NCBI RefSeq assembly: GCF_006345805.1
Contig: NC_043005.1
Coordinates: 46,500,001 to 46,564,000 of the forward strand
DNA from: Octopus sinensis
Lineage: Eukaryota
Length of the DNA: 64,000 nt
Direction: 5' to 3'
Positions 23,982-36,585 of this stretch are shown piece after piece. Each line of letters opens with the position of its first letter. Position 1 is the first letter of the stretch. The notes beneath the pieces were generated by a model. The model had not been told where the DNA came from. It saw only the letters and a list, made by a program, of their open reading frames with translations, and ran no database searches. A program made the translations under genes and the position numbers.

Positions 23982-24410
23982 TATACCAATAAATGCTCGT
24001 AGAATAAACATTCAAAGTAATTTCTCGTGTATGACAAGTAAGAAAATATCGTTTACAAGAATTTCAAGAAATTTGGAGTATAAAACAACAAAAATAAGAA
24101 TAGAGAATATCACATCTTTTAATTGGTGATTACACCACACAATACCGACAATTGTTTCTGTAGTGTCAACATATTCAGATACAGAAAATATAAAGTCAAA
24201 TTAATATATCCGAAAATATATGTTAACACACACATATACATTTCCATGCAACGTAAAGTTTCGTAGATTTGCAGAAGGAACATGGCTATCCTCGTTCTGA
24301 GAGCATACGAAACTATAAAATGTATAGAACTGAGTCAAACTATTATTAAATGATGCATGTAACTCCTGCCAAATATACCGAGACTGTTACTTTTTTTGTT
24401 TTACCACTTA

Positions 24411-24466
<56 letters not shown>

Positions 24467-24677
24467 GTGTGTGTGTGTATAACTGTAGTCAGTAAGATCC
24501 ATGGAAGCAGAGTACGAAAATCCAATTGTAATCTGGAGAGATATTGAAAGTTACCTCCAGGTGGATGAAGAGAGGTACCGAAAGTTCGAGATCGTAGTTA
24601 AAATGAGAGTCCAAGTGAGTAGAATGTTCAATCAGGTAGGATCACATTGTGGTGACTACGTGAGCATATGTAATATA

Positions 24678-25108
24678 TTCTTTACTCTTTTTACTCTTTT
24701 ACTTGTTTCAGTCATTTGACTGCGGAGCACCGCCTTTAGTCGACCAAATCGACCCCAGGACTTGTTCTTTGTAAGCCTAGTACTTATTCTATCGGTCTCT
24801 TTTGCCGAACCACTAAGTTGCGGGGACGTAAACACGCCAGCATCGGTTGTCAAGCGATGTTGGGGGGGACAAACATAGACACACAAACATGCACACACAC
24901 ACAAACACACATACACACACATATATATGACGGTCTTCTTTCTGTTTCCGTCTGAAAGAAGCTTTGGTCAGTTTCCATCTGAAAGAAGGCTTTGGTCGGC
25001 CCGAGGCTATAGTAGAAGACACTTGCCCAAGGTGCCACGCAGTGGGACTGAACCCGGAACCATGTGGTTGGTAAGCAAGCAACTTACCACACAGCCACTC
25101 CTCCGCCT
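24678..25108 (-). mobile_element. SINE family A with a short internal duplication
   Basis: Full head and tail; TCTGAAAGAAGGCTTTGGTC is repeated at ~24951 and ~24978. Confidence 0.85.
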
Positions 25109-26559
25109 ATATATATATATATATATAAAATTCAAATTTACAAAATATATATATTATTCTTAAACAAGATCATTATCGATGACTTTGAAGTTTTGGCAAG
25201 CAAAGCCATCATCAGCCTGCTTAGCTGCTCGAAACTTCGAAGTTACTGTCAATAATATCCTTATTTGAGAATAATAAATTTGCACTCTACAAGTTATAGA
25301 GTAATCCACCAGATTAACGTAAAATTATCATTATAACTGAACATAAAAATAAACATTAATACATACAAGTGAGTGAGTGCGTGTGTGTGTGTACACATAT
25401 ATATGTATATACATGAATACATATTGACGCGTCAATGTAAGTGTCTAAATATGTTTGTGTGAAGAAATCTAACAGAAAATGCAAGTTAATTTCGTTCGTT
25501 TAGGAAAAGCAAGCGAAGAAGGAGCTGAATGCGAGTGACTTTAATAAACTACAAGCAACATAAGAGGTGTGCTACCGCTGTGTTCGTAATCAATAATTTG
25601 GAATCATCAAAACTTGAGGCGACAATTTTGTGTCCGGATAAACCTGAAAAACATTAACATAATGGATCGAATGCACACTTGTGTTTGTGCCTCGAAGACT
25701 TTTACCGCGTGTAATAAATACGCCTGGTTGCACAGTAAGTGTAGTAAGTTTGTTGCCTTTCATATCAGCTGCGATATATATTTGGTGAAAGTATTTTTGG
25801 CACTGAATCCCTCGACAATTTTTTTTTTCTATTTAGATAATAGAACTAACTTAAAGCCTCTTATATCTACGTACTCTTTTTACTCTTGCGACGATTCTTT
25901 CTTCGGTCCGTTTTCCATTTTCATACGCTTTCTTCCTTGCTTTCCTTTTTGTATGATCAAATAAAATCAATCTATAAGTTGCTAGTGCAAAAGAATTGAA
26001 TTAACGTTCGCTTCACTGATTACCATATATACGAAAGAAACGTCTTGTATTTTACACGATACCTACGAAGAAAGGAATATAACAAGATTACAGTTTATTT
26101 TATTTTATCTTTAACGGCTGAATCATGATCAAATTACTGGCTGAGTTATTTCCCTTAGTTACCTGGCTGGATTTATATGACTGTTGGCAAGATATACTAC
26201 ATCAATAAAAATATATAGGCTCTATAATTAAATAGGATAAGTAAATATTTATCTTTGTACTAGTATGATAAGCTGACACTTGATTTTTTCTTAACGCACT
26301 AGGCCTCAGGAGTATTCTTGAAGATTATAATGGGATTGTAGGAATTTCAAATGGTTATTCTCACCACAGAAACATTTACAACACGAGTGAAACAAAATGG
26401 CTCCAATGTTTTATGAATTTGGATTGGCGTTTATTTGGTGTTAACGATTATAAATTATATTTGTCTTGCATTTGTTTTACAAAATTACTGGCCTTCATCC
26501 TAAATCAGAAGCCATTATCTTTTATCACTGTAAGGCCACAAGCTGGCAGAATTGTTTGC

Positions 26560-26950
26560 ACGCCGGACAAAATGCTTAGCGGCATTTCTTCTGGATTTGA
26601 CGTTCGGAGTTCAAATTCCACCGATGTCTACTATGTCTTTCATTCTTTCGGTTTCGATAAAATAAATATTAGTTGACCAATAAAGTCGAGGTAATTGACA
26701 TCTCCCTATCCTTAAAAACTATAAGTCTCGTTCCAATAACATCGGGAGGAAACATATTTTAATGTTCTCGCATGTTAAACATCCTATTATTATAGGGAAG
26801 CTTGAAGGATTGTTAGCACACTGGACGAAATACCTAGCGCCGTTTCGCGGTCAGTGCAATAAATACCTGTTGAGTATTGGGGTTGATGAAATCAACCAGC
26901 CTCCCCAAACTTTCAAACTTGTGCCTATAGTAGAAAAGATTATTGTTATC
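26560..26950 (+). mobile_element. Two degenerate SINE family B copies
   Basis: GCTGGCAGAATTGTT..GAGTTCAAATTCCACCGA..CATTCTTTCGGTTTCGATAAAATAA, and a second copy ending GTGCCTATAGTAGAAAAGATTATT. Confidence 0.65.
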
Positions 26951-27239
26951 ATTATTAATTAATTTATGCACAACGGATTAGACTGAAGGAAAAAAATTCC
27001 TAATATCGAGCTATAACAAGTAGCCTTAGATGCCAAGAAAATTCCTAAGAACCTTAGCTGTCACCAATAAAACTGTTTACTGGAGCTGCACTAAACTAGG
27101 TTTAATGCCTATTTCCTATTATTATTATATTATTATTATTATATTATTATTATTATTATTATTATTTTGCAGAGTACGACAGAAGTGTTTCCGAAGGCTC
27201 GAAGAAAGTTTTCATTAATTTCGTTGCATACATCCATTT

Positions 27240-30040
27240 GGTGAGGTTTTTTTGTTTGGAATGTTAATCCCACGTTGTTACTGAAAACCCCAGGAACCTG
27301 TTGCTGGGTTTTCTATTGCCTTTTGCCCCCTTAAGAGAAAAATTCCGGCCCTCCAGAAAATCGCTCGAGAAGCGTTTTGAAAACAGCAATTTATGAAGAT
27401 GGTGACGTCCACTTTAAAACTTGTAAAAAGAAAATCAGTTCTTCCTCACGGCCTTCTTACTGCTGAAAACTTCCCTCCTCTTCCCTCTCTTACCAAAAAT
27501 AATGCAGAAGACGAGGAGAAGACAAAAGGAATGGAAACGGGCAATATCCTAATCTATTTCTTTACTACCCGCAAGGGGCTAAACACAGAGAGGACACACA
27601 AGGACAGACAAACGGATTAAGTCGATTATATCGACCCCAGTGCGTAACTGGTACTTATTTAATCGACCCCGAAAGGATGAAAGGCAAAGTCGACCTCGGC
27701 GGAATTTGATAATATCCTAATCTGTCAAGAGAAAGAAGAGGTGAACAGTGGAAAAAATATTTACGGCAACAATAACAGCAGTAACAAAAATGGTGGTAGT
27801 GGAAGTGACATAGCAATGGTGATAGTGGCAGTAGAGACAGCAAGAATTGTGAGATTGTGAAGTATAGCAGTAGTAACGACAGCTTCGGCAGTAACAGTGA
27901 CAGCAACTCAGACGGCGGCAGTAGGAGAGAAGTTAGCAGTGGTGGCAGAGTGGTTGGAGGCAAGCAGTGATGGTGGTGATGGTAGCAATAGTGCAAGTGG
28001 CTACAACCACACCACCACCACCACCACCAGTAGTAGTAGTAAGGTTTCTTTTACCAGCGCCACCGCCTCAAAACAACTCTTTGCACTCTCTCTAGAGGAA
28101 AAAGCCTCTAAATTAGCGAACATCGCCAAGTTCCGAAAAATAGACGGTAGAAGAGAGGAATTAATACCATTACAAGAAATTTTAGCGAACACATCAAGGA
28201 AAAATAGTAACGTACCGTTGTATTAGCCGTATAACAAAACGGCTAGAAACAGAAATGACCGCCAAGATAGAAAGATCCCCTCAGAATATATGGCAGGACA
28301 TCGGTCATATATTGAGAGCAAAGCAGTTCGGCGGGGTAGAAGTTCTATTTAAAACTTAGGCCCTGGTTATTCAGCAATCGGTGGCCGCCTGCTGCAGCGA
28401 AGAATTCGTGCTCTTCCCTACGTATATGGGAAGAAAGGCAGTTAAGATTACCTTACAAGGGGTGCCACCAGAGCTAGAGCTGTGATGGATACTCGCGTGT
28501 GGGGTAATCAGCGAAAGTGATAATCTCCTGGAGGTGAAGAGATCAAGGAGGGAGAACTGGATAGGATTCGCACTAAAGGTGCCACTCCATGTAAAACCAG
28601 ACCAGCTGGAGAACATCCCTGATTTCATCTCCTTGTCGAACGGAACTGAGTTGAGAGTAATTGTGGAAGGCAAAAATTCGAGATGCCATGTTTGTGGCAT
28701 GACAAATCATTTATAGGCGTTCTGCCCACAAAACAAAAGAGGAGAGAGGCGGGGCCCCTCCACCGATGTCACAACCATTTCCATAACAACATCTACAGGA
28801 AAATAATAAAAAAATGTGATGCAACATCAGCATCTCAAGTCAGAACAACAGCGGCGGGTCAATCTGAGGCGGAAGGATCGACAGCAAAAAAAAAAATAAT
28901 TGGCCAGCGTCAGCAACAGCAGCAGCAGCAGCAGCAATGGTAGCAGTAGAAACAGCCTTTTGTACGTGCTGGTTCTCGAGCCATTACTAAGGACGTGGGG
29001 CATCCCGTGTGATCTAGAATGCGGAAGGTTCGTGTCGGCATATGCAGACGACGTCACCGAAATAGTGTCAGTCAGCTCGGAAATCCGGAAATCGAGGTAA
29101 TCGGCACTAACTTAAGGGAGTACGAAACGGTAATAGGAACAAAAATTAATTAGGACAAGTTGATGGGCCTGCAGCGTGGCACCTGAAGAGTCAGGTCCAT
29201 GCCAACCAAAAGCGTTGTTGGGTGCTGGATGGAAGGACCAGTTAAATTGCTCGGGGCTTGATTTAGTCCAGACTTCCAGGTGGACAAGAACTGGGACGAA
29301 GTGACGAGCAGAGTAGCGAGTCTCACCCAGAAATGGGCAGAGAGGAAGCTGTCCCTGAAAGGTTGAACGAAGGTGGCGAATGCGTACATCACTTCCGTCA
29401 TCTACTACCGTCTAACCGTCGTCCCTTGCCTTGCTTCGTGGCTGATCAAGCTGGTGCGCTTGTTGTTCCGCTTTCTGTGGAAGGGATGTGTTCCGCTCGT
29501 CGGACGATCCATCTGCTATCGACAGCCAATGAGTGGGAATGTCGTGGCCAATGATGCGCAGACGCGCTGAGGCTGCGGTATCTCTAGTGCTTTGTTAACG
29601 GTGAGCATGTGTGGTCACCGTTTGTCACACAGGATTTTTCGTAGCTCATCTCAGTCCTGGATCATAAGTAGACCAAGAAAGGGCGCTTGGCACCTGGAGT
29701 GTCAGCAAGTGCTCACAGCTTTCTGCCAGTCGGGCAATGCGAGCAATCGAAGTTCCACTATGGAGTTCTAGACAGGATTAGTAGAGGGAAAGAGCGACAC
29801 GTACTCGAGGTAAACTCTGGGCGTCGGGAGGGATCAACTAACTGGTCATTTCCGGAGGACTTTCGGGCCAGTGCTTATGGATAACTTCGAGCAATCTCTG
29901 GCCTGGTAGAGCAACCAAGGAGCTCTGCCGGTTCGAGACAAGCTCTACAGACACGGAAGTGCTGTCAAACGAACCTGTCCGACGTTTGCGCAGAGCGACG
30001 AAATCGTCCTGCATGCAAAGTTGCTGGCCTTGTGCCAAAA
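27240..30040 (+). mobile_element. Tx1/L1-clade LINE, internally deleted and decayed
   Basis: ORF1 with zinc knuckle CHVCGMTNHL*AFC (28684-28725). ORF2 pieces LLYVLVLEPLL, YADD (29041-29052), KWAERKLSLKG, IYYRLTVVP..LLFRFLWKG and RDKLYRHGSA. The endonuclease and RT N-terminal half are absent. Confidence 0.85.
27556..27710 (-). mobile_element. 5'-truncated SINE B with a 13 bp target-site duplication
   Basis: AATATCCTAATCT at 27543-27555 and at 27711-27723. Confidence 0.9.
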
Positions 30041-31114
30041 TAAGCAACCCTTATTCAGGGACATTTTGAGTTGGATGGGCTATTCGACTCGAAGAAAATT
30101 CTAGCTGGGCCACACCTGCAAGATCATGCGCTGTTTATCTTGATATAAGGTCACCATGTCGTGCACATGTAACTGTGACGTCGGTACCTGGTTTACCCTT
30201 ATCAGATGGGTTGTCATGATGAGTATATTGGACATCGAATACTTCGATATTTTGATGGCAAGCGCTGCTCTCTCACTCAGTAATAAGAATAGTAATAATA
30301 GTAATAATAATAATGAATATAATAATGATAATAATACTAAATCTATAATAAAGATAATAGTAAATATAATAATGATAATAATATTACTATTATTGTTATT
30401 GGCGGTGGTGACGGTAGTGGTGATGGGGTAGTGTTAAGAAAATAACGTGAATATTCAATATTTTTTCATTGAAATATTGGCTGCAGATTGTTGCGACTTG
30501 ACATTGTAAATGAAGTTTTCAGAAGCAACTGTTGGCATTGAGAATAATTAATTAAGAAATAGTTTCATTGTGGCAATCAGTTTAATAGGGAAGAAAGCCC
30601 TTTAGTGAACTTTAAATGAAAGTGCTTAGGTCATTCCCAGGGTCATAATCCAGGTCAAACTTAGGCCAGTTTAGTAAATATCTCCTTTGAGTCACCTACT
30701 TTTACTTTTACTCATAGAAATACTGTTTCTTCTCTATAGCACCAAATTTAAGTTATTACAGCCAGTCACACATTACTTACAACAATCACATAAATACTTG
30801 CATATATATGTCTATGTATGTATGTATGTATGTATCATACAGAAATTTATAGATATACTTATCTTTACATATATACATGTACAAATATAGGTACATACAT
30901 GCACACAAACATATGTAAAATACGTTAGTTATTTCTATTTAAAAGTACTATGAATGTTTTATATATGTTTATATACCGTCCGTGTATCGTATAACCGAAA
31001 AAGAAGCACACTAAATCAGTGTAGTATTGTATTTATATACAGTTAAGTGTATGTCCGATCATCATATATACATGCACAGACATATATTCATACGTCCATA
31101 CATACATACATACA

Positions 31115-31145
<31 letters not shown>

Positions 31146-31459
31146 CCACATGTATATCGATCAAGATAGATTACTTGAACCAAAATAGTATTCAGAATAC
31201 CACAAGTGGAGTGAAATATATGATAAATAATAGGAACTGTCTTAGAATATTAATTGTTGCACTGAATTTAGAAAATACATTGTTAGTCTGAAATTCCTGC
31301 TCAATTAAACAATTTTTAGAGCATTTGTCGGAAAATTTGCTTGAACAACAAAAGCTGGAATATTCAAAAATTACTTTAAATATCCCACTTATGTTCGTCA
31401 ATAAAACTGCTGACGAATATTTGCTTAATTTATTGTTAAATTGAGCAGGAAACTCAGAG

Positions 31460-31895
31460 TGGTGCTGTGTGTATGAATGTATGTGTGTGTATGTAGGAAT
31501 GTGTGTGTATGAACGTGTGTGTGTGTATGAATGTGTGTGTGTATGAATGTGTCTATGAATGTGTGTGTATGTGTGTATGAATGTGTGTGTGTGTGTGTAT
31601 GAATGTGTGTGTGTGTATGAATGTGTCTATGGATGTGTGTGTATCAGTGTATGAATGTGTGTGTATGAATGTGTGTATGTATATATGCGTGTGTGTATGA
31701 ATTTATGCGTATATGTATGAATATATGTGTGTGTATGAATATATGCGTATGTATGAATATATGCGTGTGTATATGAATATATGCGTGTCTGTATGAATAT
31801 ATGCGTGTGTGTATGAATATATGCGTGTGTATGAATATAAGCGTGTGTATGAATATGCGTGTGTATGATTATGTGTGTGTGTATGAATATGTGTG
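31460..31895. repeat. Minisatellite of (GT)nATGAAT-type units drifting to GTATGAATATATGCGT
   Basis: About 25 occurrences of TATGAAT with variable (GT)n spacers. Confidence 0.85.
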
Positions 31896-31899
31896 TGTG

Positions 31900-32420
31900 T
31901 CTTTTTATCTTTTACTTGATCAAGTCAATAGACTGTGGCTATGCTGGGGCACCGCCTTCAGCAATTTTTAGTCAAATGAGACGACACCAGTACTCATTCC
32001 ACCGATATCTTTTGTCGAACTGCTAAGTTAAAGAATCGTAAACACACTAACAGAGGTTATAAAGCGGTGGCGAGGAAAAGAGAGACACAGGCACACACAG
32101 ATATATATTAATATAACGGGCTTCTTTCAGTTTCCATTTACCAAAGCCATTCTCAAGAATTTGGTCTACCCGAGGCAACAGTAGAAGATACTTACTCGAG
32201 ATGTCACCTAATGAGATTGAACCCAAAACCATGTGGTTGGGAAGCAAGCTTCTTACCACATTATACATATAAGACGGGCTTCTTTCAGTTTCTGTCTAGG
32301 AAATCCACTTTGGTCAGCCCGTGACTATAGTAGACAGTTGTTCAAGGTGCCACGCAGTGGGACTGAACCCAGAACTATGTGGTTGGGAAGCAAGCTTCTT
32401 ACCACACAGTTACTCCTGCG
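31900..32420 (-). mobile_element. SINE family A with a duplicated head half
   Basis: ACGGGCTTCTTTCAGTTTC..GGGAAGCAAGCTTCTTACCAC occurs at ~32116-32260 and ~32274-32405. Confidence 0.75.
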
Positions 32421-32947
32421 CCAATAGGCACACACACACACACACACACCACACACACAGATATATAGAAAATATAACGATAAAATCTATGTAAGAATTT
32501 ATGAAGTAGCTAGCATGAAAAACCAGAGTATATACTTTTTCCTTTAAAATATAGATACATTAATTATATTAAGGGCTATTACTATAAGTAAACTACTTCA
32601 AGTAGTTTTTGACTTTAGAATCCCGTTACAGCATGAGGCGTTTACTTAGAGTATTAGTCCTTAATATAATATGATATTTTTTATATATATATATGTATAT
32701 GTAAAAAAATACAAACTGGGACAAGAACGCAAAACATTTAGAAGACGATACAAAAAACACGGACGGGACATTCGAAGCCTTCAATCTTCAGTCAAGAACC
32801 GGATCTGATTAATCTTGAGATTGCTCCGACCTGGCCAGCCGCAAAGGAAAATCTAAGCCAAGCGCATTAGATTCCTTGGAGGAAAGCCTCGAATGTATAC
32901 AAAACAAGGACGGGAAAACGGACGATGTTACACGAATAAGAATACGA

Positions 32948-32984
<37 letters not shown>

Positions 32985-32988
32985 CACA

Positions 32989-33040
<52 letters not shown>

Positions 33041-33044
33041 CACA

Positions 33045-33100
<56 letters not shown>

Positions 33101-33119
33101 ATAAATATATATATATGTA

Positions 33120-33285
33120 AGCATACGGACTTCTTTCACTTGCCATCTTCCGAATCCACTCCCAAAGCTTGGATCAGATCAAGGCTATAGTAAAAGACAC
33201 TTGCCCAAGGTATCACGCAGTGGGAATTAATCCAAAGCGATGTGACTGGAAAGCAAGCTTTTACAACCCACTCACGCCTGCGCCT
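33120..33285 (-). mobile_element. SINE family A head half
   Basis: ACGGACTTCTTTCAC..AGACACTTGCCCAAGGTATCACGCAGTGGGA..CACTCACGCCTGCGCCT. Confidence 0.7.
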
Positions 33286-33292
33286 ATATATA

Positions 33293-34195
33293 CGAGTTCC
33301 GTTCAAAAAGTATCCGACTTCGTTTTTTCCCCACCAAAACAAATGGCGCGTGGCCAAAATCTTTTGAAGGCGAAGTGATGCCACCCTTTCTACTCATGCG
33401 CAAAAATTTTCGCACCGGTAAGCTGTGTCAGTTTCCGGCTGTTATATGCCAAAGTGCTTTCGTTGGATTTTCGTTTTCACCGAACGCATCGAGCAGAGAT
33501 ATTGCATCAAATTTTATCGAAAGCTTTGTGATACTCAAACTCAAAACTTCCAGAAGATCCAGCAGATCTTTGGCGAATGTGCCATGGACAGAACTCAGAT
33601 CAAGAAGTAGTACAATCGCTTGAAACACGGCCACACCTCAAAAGAGCGCAGAACGTTCAGGCAGGCTATCCACAAGCCGAAATGAGGAGCCGATTGAGAA
33701 GGTTCGGTGAAAAAATTATAGAAGACTTTCGTATAACAATCCAGAAAATTGCCCACGAAATTGAAATAAGCACAGGATCAATGCATTCTATTTTAACGGA
33801 GAATTTGAGCATGCGGAGGGAGTCAGGGATATTCGTCCCCAATGTGCCACTGGAGTAGCAGTAACAACTCCGCATAGAAATCGCTCAGAATACGCTGGAT
33901 TGTGCAAACCACGGCCCAGTTTTCATGAAGACCATCACCACTGGTGAGGAGAAATGGGTTTATGATCTCTGCTTGGTGTGTCCTGTTATCTTGCTTGAGA
34001 GCGAAAATCTGACGAGCACGCATTACACGTCAGTACTTAAGGCGTAACAGCCAGAAACTTAAGCATCCTATTGGTGCGAAAATTTTCATGCATGAGATGG
34101 AAGGGTACAGTCACCTCCCTCCGAAAGGATATCGCCCACACGATATCAATTTTGGTTATAAAAAATAATGTCACATACTTTTTGAACGCACCTCG
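33293..34195 (+). mobile_element. mariner (irritans-like ends) derivative with ~200 bp inverted ends and TA flanks
   Basis: TA|CGAGTTCCGTTCAAAAAGTAT ... ATACTTTTTGAACGCACCTCG|TA. Transposase N-half reads IEQRYCIKF..SGRLSTSRNEE..IFVPNVP..TITTGEEKWVY. Confidence 0.85.
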
Positions 34196-34571
34196 TACAC
34201 CAAGGATAAGTGTGTGCTCGTGTGTGTGCGTGAATATGTGTACACAGTATGTGTGTGTGAGTGCATGTGTTAACATAAATTGAATTACAACGTGAGCATA
34301 CTGCAGTTATATTTCTTTAAGACAATAATTTGACTAAATCTTATGAGTGGTATCCATCACATCATACTATAATAGTTGAACAGTTTTACTGTCATTTGGC
34401 AGAGGGGTCAGAATTCATAATCGAGAAAACAACACCTAGATAATCGACGAGAAAACATGTCGACTAAAATCTTTCAAGGCGGTGCCCCAGCATGGCCGTA
34501 GTCTAATGACTAAAACGAAAAATAGGAGAAAAGATATATATTTGCGTGCGCACGTGCATGTGCGTGTGTGT

Positions 34572-35011
34572 ACGACGGGCCTTCAGTTTCTGTCAAGCAA
34601 TTCCACTCCCAAGGATTTAGTGGATCCAAGGGTATAGTAAAAGTCATTTGCCCAAGGTGTCACGCAATGAGACTGAACCCGGAATCATGTAGTTTGAAAG
34701 CAAACTTCTTACCACTAAAACTCTTGAGGCTGCCTTAGCATAGTCGCAGTCCAATGACTGAATCAAGTAAAAGATAAAAAAAGAGGCGTGTGTATGTGTG
34801 TGGCGGACGTCTTTCAGTTTCCGTTTATCAAGTCTACTTACAAAGATTAGGTAAACCCGAGTGTATAGCAGAAGCCACTTGTCCATGGTGCTATGCAGTG
34901 GGACTGAACCCACAACCGTATATTTTGAAAGCAAACATCTTACCATTAAACCCCTTGAAGCTTCTTCAGCATAGCCACAGTCCACTGACAGAAACACGTA
35001 AGCGATAAAAG
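34572..35011. repeat. Old tandem duplication of a chimeric unit (minus-strand SINE A head joined to a plus-strand SINE tail)
   Basis: Units 34572-34780 and 34803-35011 share the junction CTTACCA(C/T)TAAA(A/C)C(T/C)CTTGA. Confidence 0.6.
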
Positions 35012-35639
35012 ATGCTAACAAACCTCTCTCATTGCTCTCACCATCACTCCCCTTCCTCGACGTATTCCTTAGTCTTTTTAACTCTCTTCGTTTCATTCCA
35101 TTCTCCTCCTTTTATATCTTTTCTCTCTTCAACTTTTCCCCCCACTCGCATCACAGCAGACTCTTACACTTACATTGTAACTGTTTAACGACCTTCCTTT
35201 ACACCGTCTGCTTCTATTTCAATATCTCTCATTCATTTCTCTTTTCCTTCTCTAAAATCGAATTCACGCATACATCGCACATTTCGCCTAATATATATAT
35301 ATATATATTTATATATAATCTGTCTCTCACACATTCTCTGTATTTGCCTATCTGTCTGTCATGCACTGTGTCTACCCCTGTGTGTGTGTCTGTGTGTCTG
35401 TCTGTCTCTCTCCTGATACTCATATTCAGTGGTACATATTATATGTGTCTACAAAAATGCCTTATTTCCTACTATCTATATGCATCTGTATGTGGATAAA
35501 AGTTGTTTAAATGCTAGTAGCATATAAATTTATCATCATCATAATCATCACAGTCATCATCACGTAATCCACTATCTAGTTCGTTGGTGTTGTTTTTCTA
35601 ATAATAATAATAATAATAATAATAATTATTATTATTATT

Positions 35640-35800
35640 ATTAGTCCAAATTTTTGCCACATGGGCAACTTGGGAGAGGTGGGGATGAGTCGATTACATC
35701 GACTCCAGTATTCAACTGGTACTTAATTGATCGACCCCGAAAGGATGAAAGGCAAAGTCGAACACGGTGGAATTTGAACTCAGAACGTAGCGACGAGCTT
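35640..35800 (-). mobile_element. SINE family B between (AAT)n tracts
   Basis: GTCGATTACATCGACTCCAGT..ATCGACCCCGAAAGGATGAAAGGCAAAGTCGA..GGAATTTGAACTCAGAACG. Confidence 0.8.
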
Positions 35801-35804
35801 AAGA

Positions 35805-35855
<51 letters not shown>

Positions 35856-35994
35856 TGTTATTATTATTATTATTATTATTATATTATTATTATTATTTGT
35901 AGCAGCAGCAGCAGTAGTAGTAGCAACAGCAGCAGAAGAAGAAATGTCCTGGCCCTGTGCCACAATTTGAAACCATCATCATCATCAGTGTTTA

Positions 35995-36037
<43 letters not shown>

Positions 36038-36502
36038 TATATATATTTGTTTTTGTTCTATGTATCTGCTGTGTAGCCAATAGCATTGCTATTAATTTGA
36101 ATGTCTGCGTGTGTGTATGTGTTGTTACGTGCACAAAAAGATTGAGAATTATCCATTGTGAAAACAATCTAAGTGTTATATAGTTAATAGTTAGAAGAGC
36201 CATAAAACAAGGCAATTGGGCCTTTGGCTGAAGCAGATGGTGCTGACATATTGGACAAATAGAGGAATTTGAAAAATCTTCTAGCTTTGTGTTGTTCCGT
36301 TCTAGTTATTGTTCTGGGGTTTTAGCGTTTGTATAAAAACACCTTTTTTTTTTCTTTCTCACACTATGCTGCACATACTTTAGTGAATACTAATCTACCA
36401 TTTACTAGATCATTACCAACCTAGTCTTGTGACAAACAGGCTCCAGACTCACACTTCAATTTAGAATCACGTCGTAATTCGCCCATCATTGCTTCTCTGC
36501 AG

Positions 36503-36585
36503 GTGTTTCGCCATCATTCTATGTCCATGTTATGTGGTTATGCGAGGGTAATGCAATGAGCTGCTGTCGATGTGTGATTAGCTGA
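36503..36585 (+). CDS. Candidate terminal coding exon ending in a CaaX box (speculative)
   Basis: Strong acceptor CATTGCTTCTCTGCAG|G at 36502; phase-1 frame VSPSFYVHVMWLCEGNAMSCCRCVIS*; AATAAA at 36658-36663. No homology recognised. Confidence 0.25.
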
